From assembly GCF_006345805.1 (NCBI RefSeq), contig NW_021836148.1, positions 1 through 64,000 on the forward strand: a stretch of DNA of 64,000 bases. Reading direction: 5' to 3'. This DNA is from Octopus sinensis (Eukaryota). The translations under genes were made by a program, and so were the position numbers. The notes under the pieces are model-generated. The model worked only from the letters and a program-made list of their open reading frames with translations. It searched no databases and had not been told where the DNA came from. This document shows positions 61,171-64,000 of this stretch, piece after piece; the first letter of the stretch is position 1; every line of letters starts with the position of its first letter.

Positions 61171-61940
61171 ACACATCTATAGTAGAAAAGCATATATATG
61201 TATGTGTGTTGGAGGTGTATATAGATAGATAGATAGATAGATAGATAGGTTGGCAGAAATACATATATATATATATATATATATATGTATTCATATACAC
61301 ATATACATATGTACATAAACATAGATATATAAATATATGTATGTATATGTATATATATATATATATGTAAATGTATGTACATAGATGTAAATACATGCAC
61401 ACACACACACACACATATATACATACATAGATGTACACACATACATACATGTGTGTGTATGTGTGTGCACATGCATGTTTGCGTACGTGTGTGCATGCAT
61501 ATGTGCATGCATGTGTATGCACGTGTGTGTCTGTGTCTGTGCGTGCATGCGTGTGTTTAGTTGTAAAAGATATAACGAAAAACAATACAGAAAATAATAC
61601 ATATTTTTCTCCATCATTTCCCTTAATTATTCTTTTCTTGGATGAAATTTTCTGCTGAACAAATTGTAGGTTTGCCAATAGTAGACAGAAAATTTTTCTA
61701 TAATTGTCAAAGATTGACAGTAATTCTACCTTCAATTTCACATGAAGGAGAGACATCAAATTTCTTTTGGCAACAGGATAGAAATACCATCATTGTTTTA
61801 TATAGTCTGACTGCAACACTATGAAAACTTACGGCTAGAAATTAACTTTCAAAGCAAATTCTAGCATTCTATGCCAAATGGTATTACAATGGTGATGATG
61901 ATGATAGATGTGTGTGCTTATGTATATATGTATATATATA

Positions 61941-61992
<52 letters not shown>

Positions 61993-62005
61993 TATATATA
62001 TACAC

Positions 62006-62056
<51 letters not shown>

Positions 62057-62604
62057 ATATACACACACACATATATATATATATGTATGTATATCTGTGT
62101 ATGTATGTATATGTAATCAATTTGTTATTAGTATTTGTAAACATGTTCATATGGTCATGTAAAGTTTCGAGTAAATAAATATGCATCATCAAGAATAAAA
62201 ATGCAACAAATGTAACAAAAAAAAAAAGATAAACAAATTTCTAAAGGAAGAATATGCTAGAAAATGTTGAGGATTATTTTGGCTGTGAATCAACATTTTC
62301 CATCCTGAAGCTTAGCCACCGTAGTATTACAAGACGAGAACTTACAAAATATTCACACTCCATTTGAGAGGATATAATACTTGCGATTACTTTTGATATT
62401 TTATTCATGTATTACTCATAATAATTCAATATTATTACTGCAAGAACACCACACCAGTTCTATTTTTGCCGTTTATTGTTGTTTAAACACTAAGATTCAA
62501 ATTTGCTTGGAAATGTCATACATTCAGCGGTGGTGCTGCCCCAGCATGGCCGCAGCCTTCGGGCTAAAACATTTTTAAGGATTTAAGGATATTTAAAATG
62601 GTAA

Positions 62605-62750
62605 CTTACTCTTTTACTCTTTTATTTGTTTCAGTCATTTGACTGTGGTCATGTTGGAGCACCGCCTTTAGTCAAGCAAATGGAACCCAGGACATATTCT
62701 TTGTAAGCCTAGTACTTATTCTAACGGCCTCTTTTGCTGAACCGCTCAGT
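62605..62750 (-). mobile_element. SINE A 3' fragment
   Basis: Homology. Confidence 0.8.
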
Positions 62751-62914
62751 TACTTAACCCCTCTCCTGAACCTGCTGGTCTTATGCCAAAAATTCAAACC
62801 ATTATTATATTTTTATCATTATCATTATTATTATTAGTAGTAGTAATAGTAGTATTATTAATAATAATAACAATAATGATGATAATGATGATGATGAAGA
62901 TGATGATGATAATA

Positions 62915-63125
62915 ATTCTTTCTATTATAGATAGGCACAAGGCCTGACATTTGAGGGAAAGGGGCTAGTCGATTACATCAATCCCAGTGTTTCACTGGTA
63001 CTTAATTTTTCAACCCCAAAAGGATGAAAGGCAAAGTTGACCTCAGCAGAATTTGAACTCAGAACGTAGAGACAGATGACACACCACTCAGCATTTTACC
63101 TGGCATGCTAACGATTCTGCTTGCA
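62915..63125 (-). mobile_element. SINE B
   Basis: aaaggatgaaaggcaaagttgacctcagcagaatttgaactcagaacg. Confidence 0.85.
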
Positions 63126-63194
63126 CACCACTTTAATAATGATAATAATAATAATAATAATAATAATAATATAATAATAATAATAATAATAATA

Positions 63195-63415
63195 GGCTTG
63201 TGTAGGATGGAAGATTGCAAAGATAAAGCACTGTACAAGGACTTGAGAATAAAAGAAACAGAAAATAGTTGGATAAAGAAAAGAATGCATGGACAATTTC
63301 ATAGGGATGTTGAAGATATGACAGACAGAGGAAAAAGATGGCTATGGATGACTAAAAGCGATTTAAAACTGGAAACAGAGGCTCTAATCTGTGCCACCCA
63401 GGAGCAAGCATTAAA
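63195..63415 (+). mobile_element. Third R4/Dong-like fragment directly after a (TAA)n array
   Basis: WIKKRMHGQFHR...WLWMTKSDLKLETEALICATQEQAL aligns with WQEKPLHGKYW...WLRSSGLKAETEGFLIAAQDQSL. Confidence 0.8.
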
Positions 63416-64000
63416 TGGTGCCCCAGCATGGGAACAGTTCAATGACTGAACGATGTAAATGATAAAAAAATACGTGTGTGTATTTGTGTGAGGGTGTATG
63501 TTGTTTATATATGTATGCCAGTATAAACTGTTTCCTTGAGTTATGTCCTCTCTTTGATATAATGTGAGCAGAAAAATAAGTGCCAGACTTCTGTAATTAG
63601 AGGCCATTTCTGTGATCGGCTTAAATGCTTGAAGGTAGTGCCCCAACATAGCCACAGACCAATAATTGAAACTAGTAAAAGAATAAAAGAATAGACAGCT
63701 AATACATTTGAAATATACAGGGTGATTATGTATGGGTGTCATTTCCATTCTAGAGCAATTCATAGTTTTACACCATTCTATCATTGGAACTTCATTTATT
63801 GACACATAAAAGCAGGAACAGCAGCTAAGTTTCACATTAGCAAAATTTAAACTCAAAAGAATAATGTTACCACTTTTGGCAGTCTGCCAACGCCTGCCAC
63901 TAACTCTTTTCATTTCTTATTGCTCATTTAAATAACTGTCATGATCATCATCAGCCCCACCATCACCAATACAACCACTATCATCCTCCACTCCTCTCCC

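Overview
Eukaryotic, AT-rich, microsatellite-dense repeat landscape with no confidently identifiable host gene. The SINE families and dense (TA)n/(GAT)n/(TAA)n arrays resemble an octopus or other cephalopod genome (inference, not verified). Contents: one nearly full-length RTE-clade LINE (APE+RT, 3 frameshifts) whose 3'UTR is amplified 7-fold; several truncated RTE copies and many RTE 3'-tail fragments; a CR1/L2-type RT fragment; three R4/Dong-like REL-endonuclease retroelement pieces, each abutting (TAA)n arrays; three Tc1/mariner relics; a piggyBac-type MITE; Helentron-like non-autonomous pieces; and >30 tRNA-derived SINE copies of three families. The most notable signal is a set of unrelated, non-coding, (TA)n-embedded inserts carrying type I hammerhead ribozyme folds with palindromic stem III (10.5 kb, 48.2/48.7 kb, 5.0 kb, plus decayed copies). 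The 48 kb insert is a 490-bp unit present as a >1-unit direct repeat plus a circularly permuted inverted copy, as expected for retrozyme- or Penelope-like elements with multimeric or circular RNA intermediates. All alignments and folds were done by eye and most repeat boundaries are approximate.
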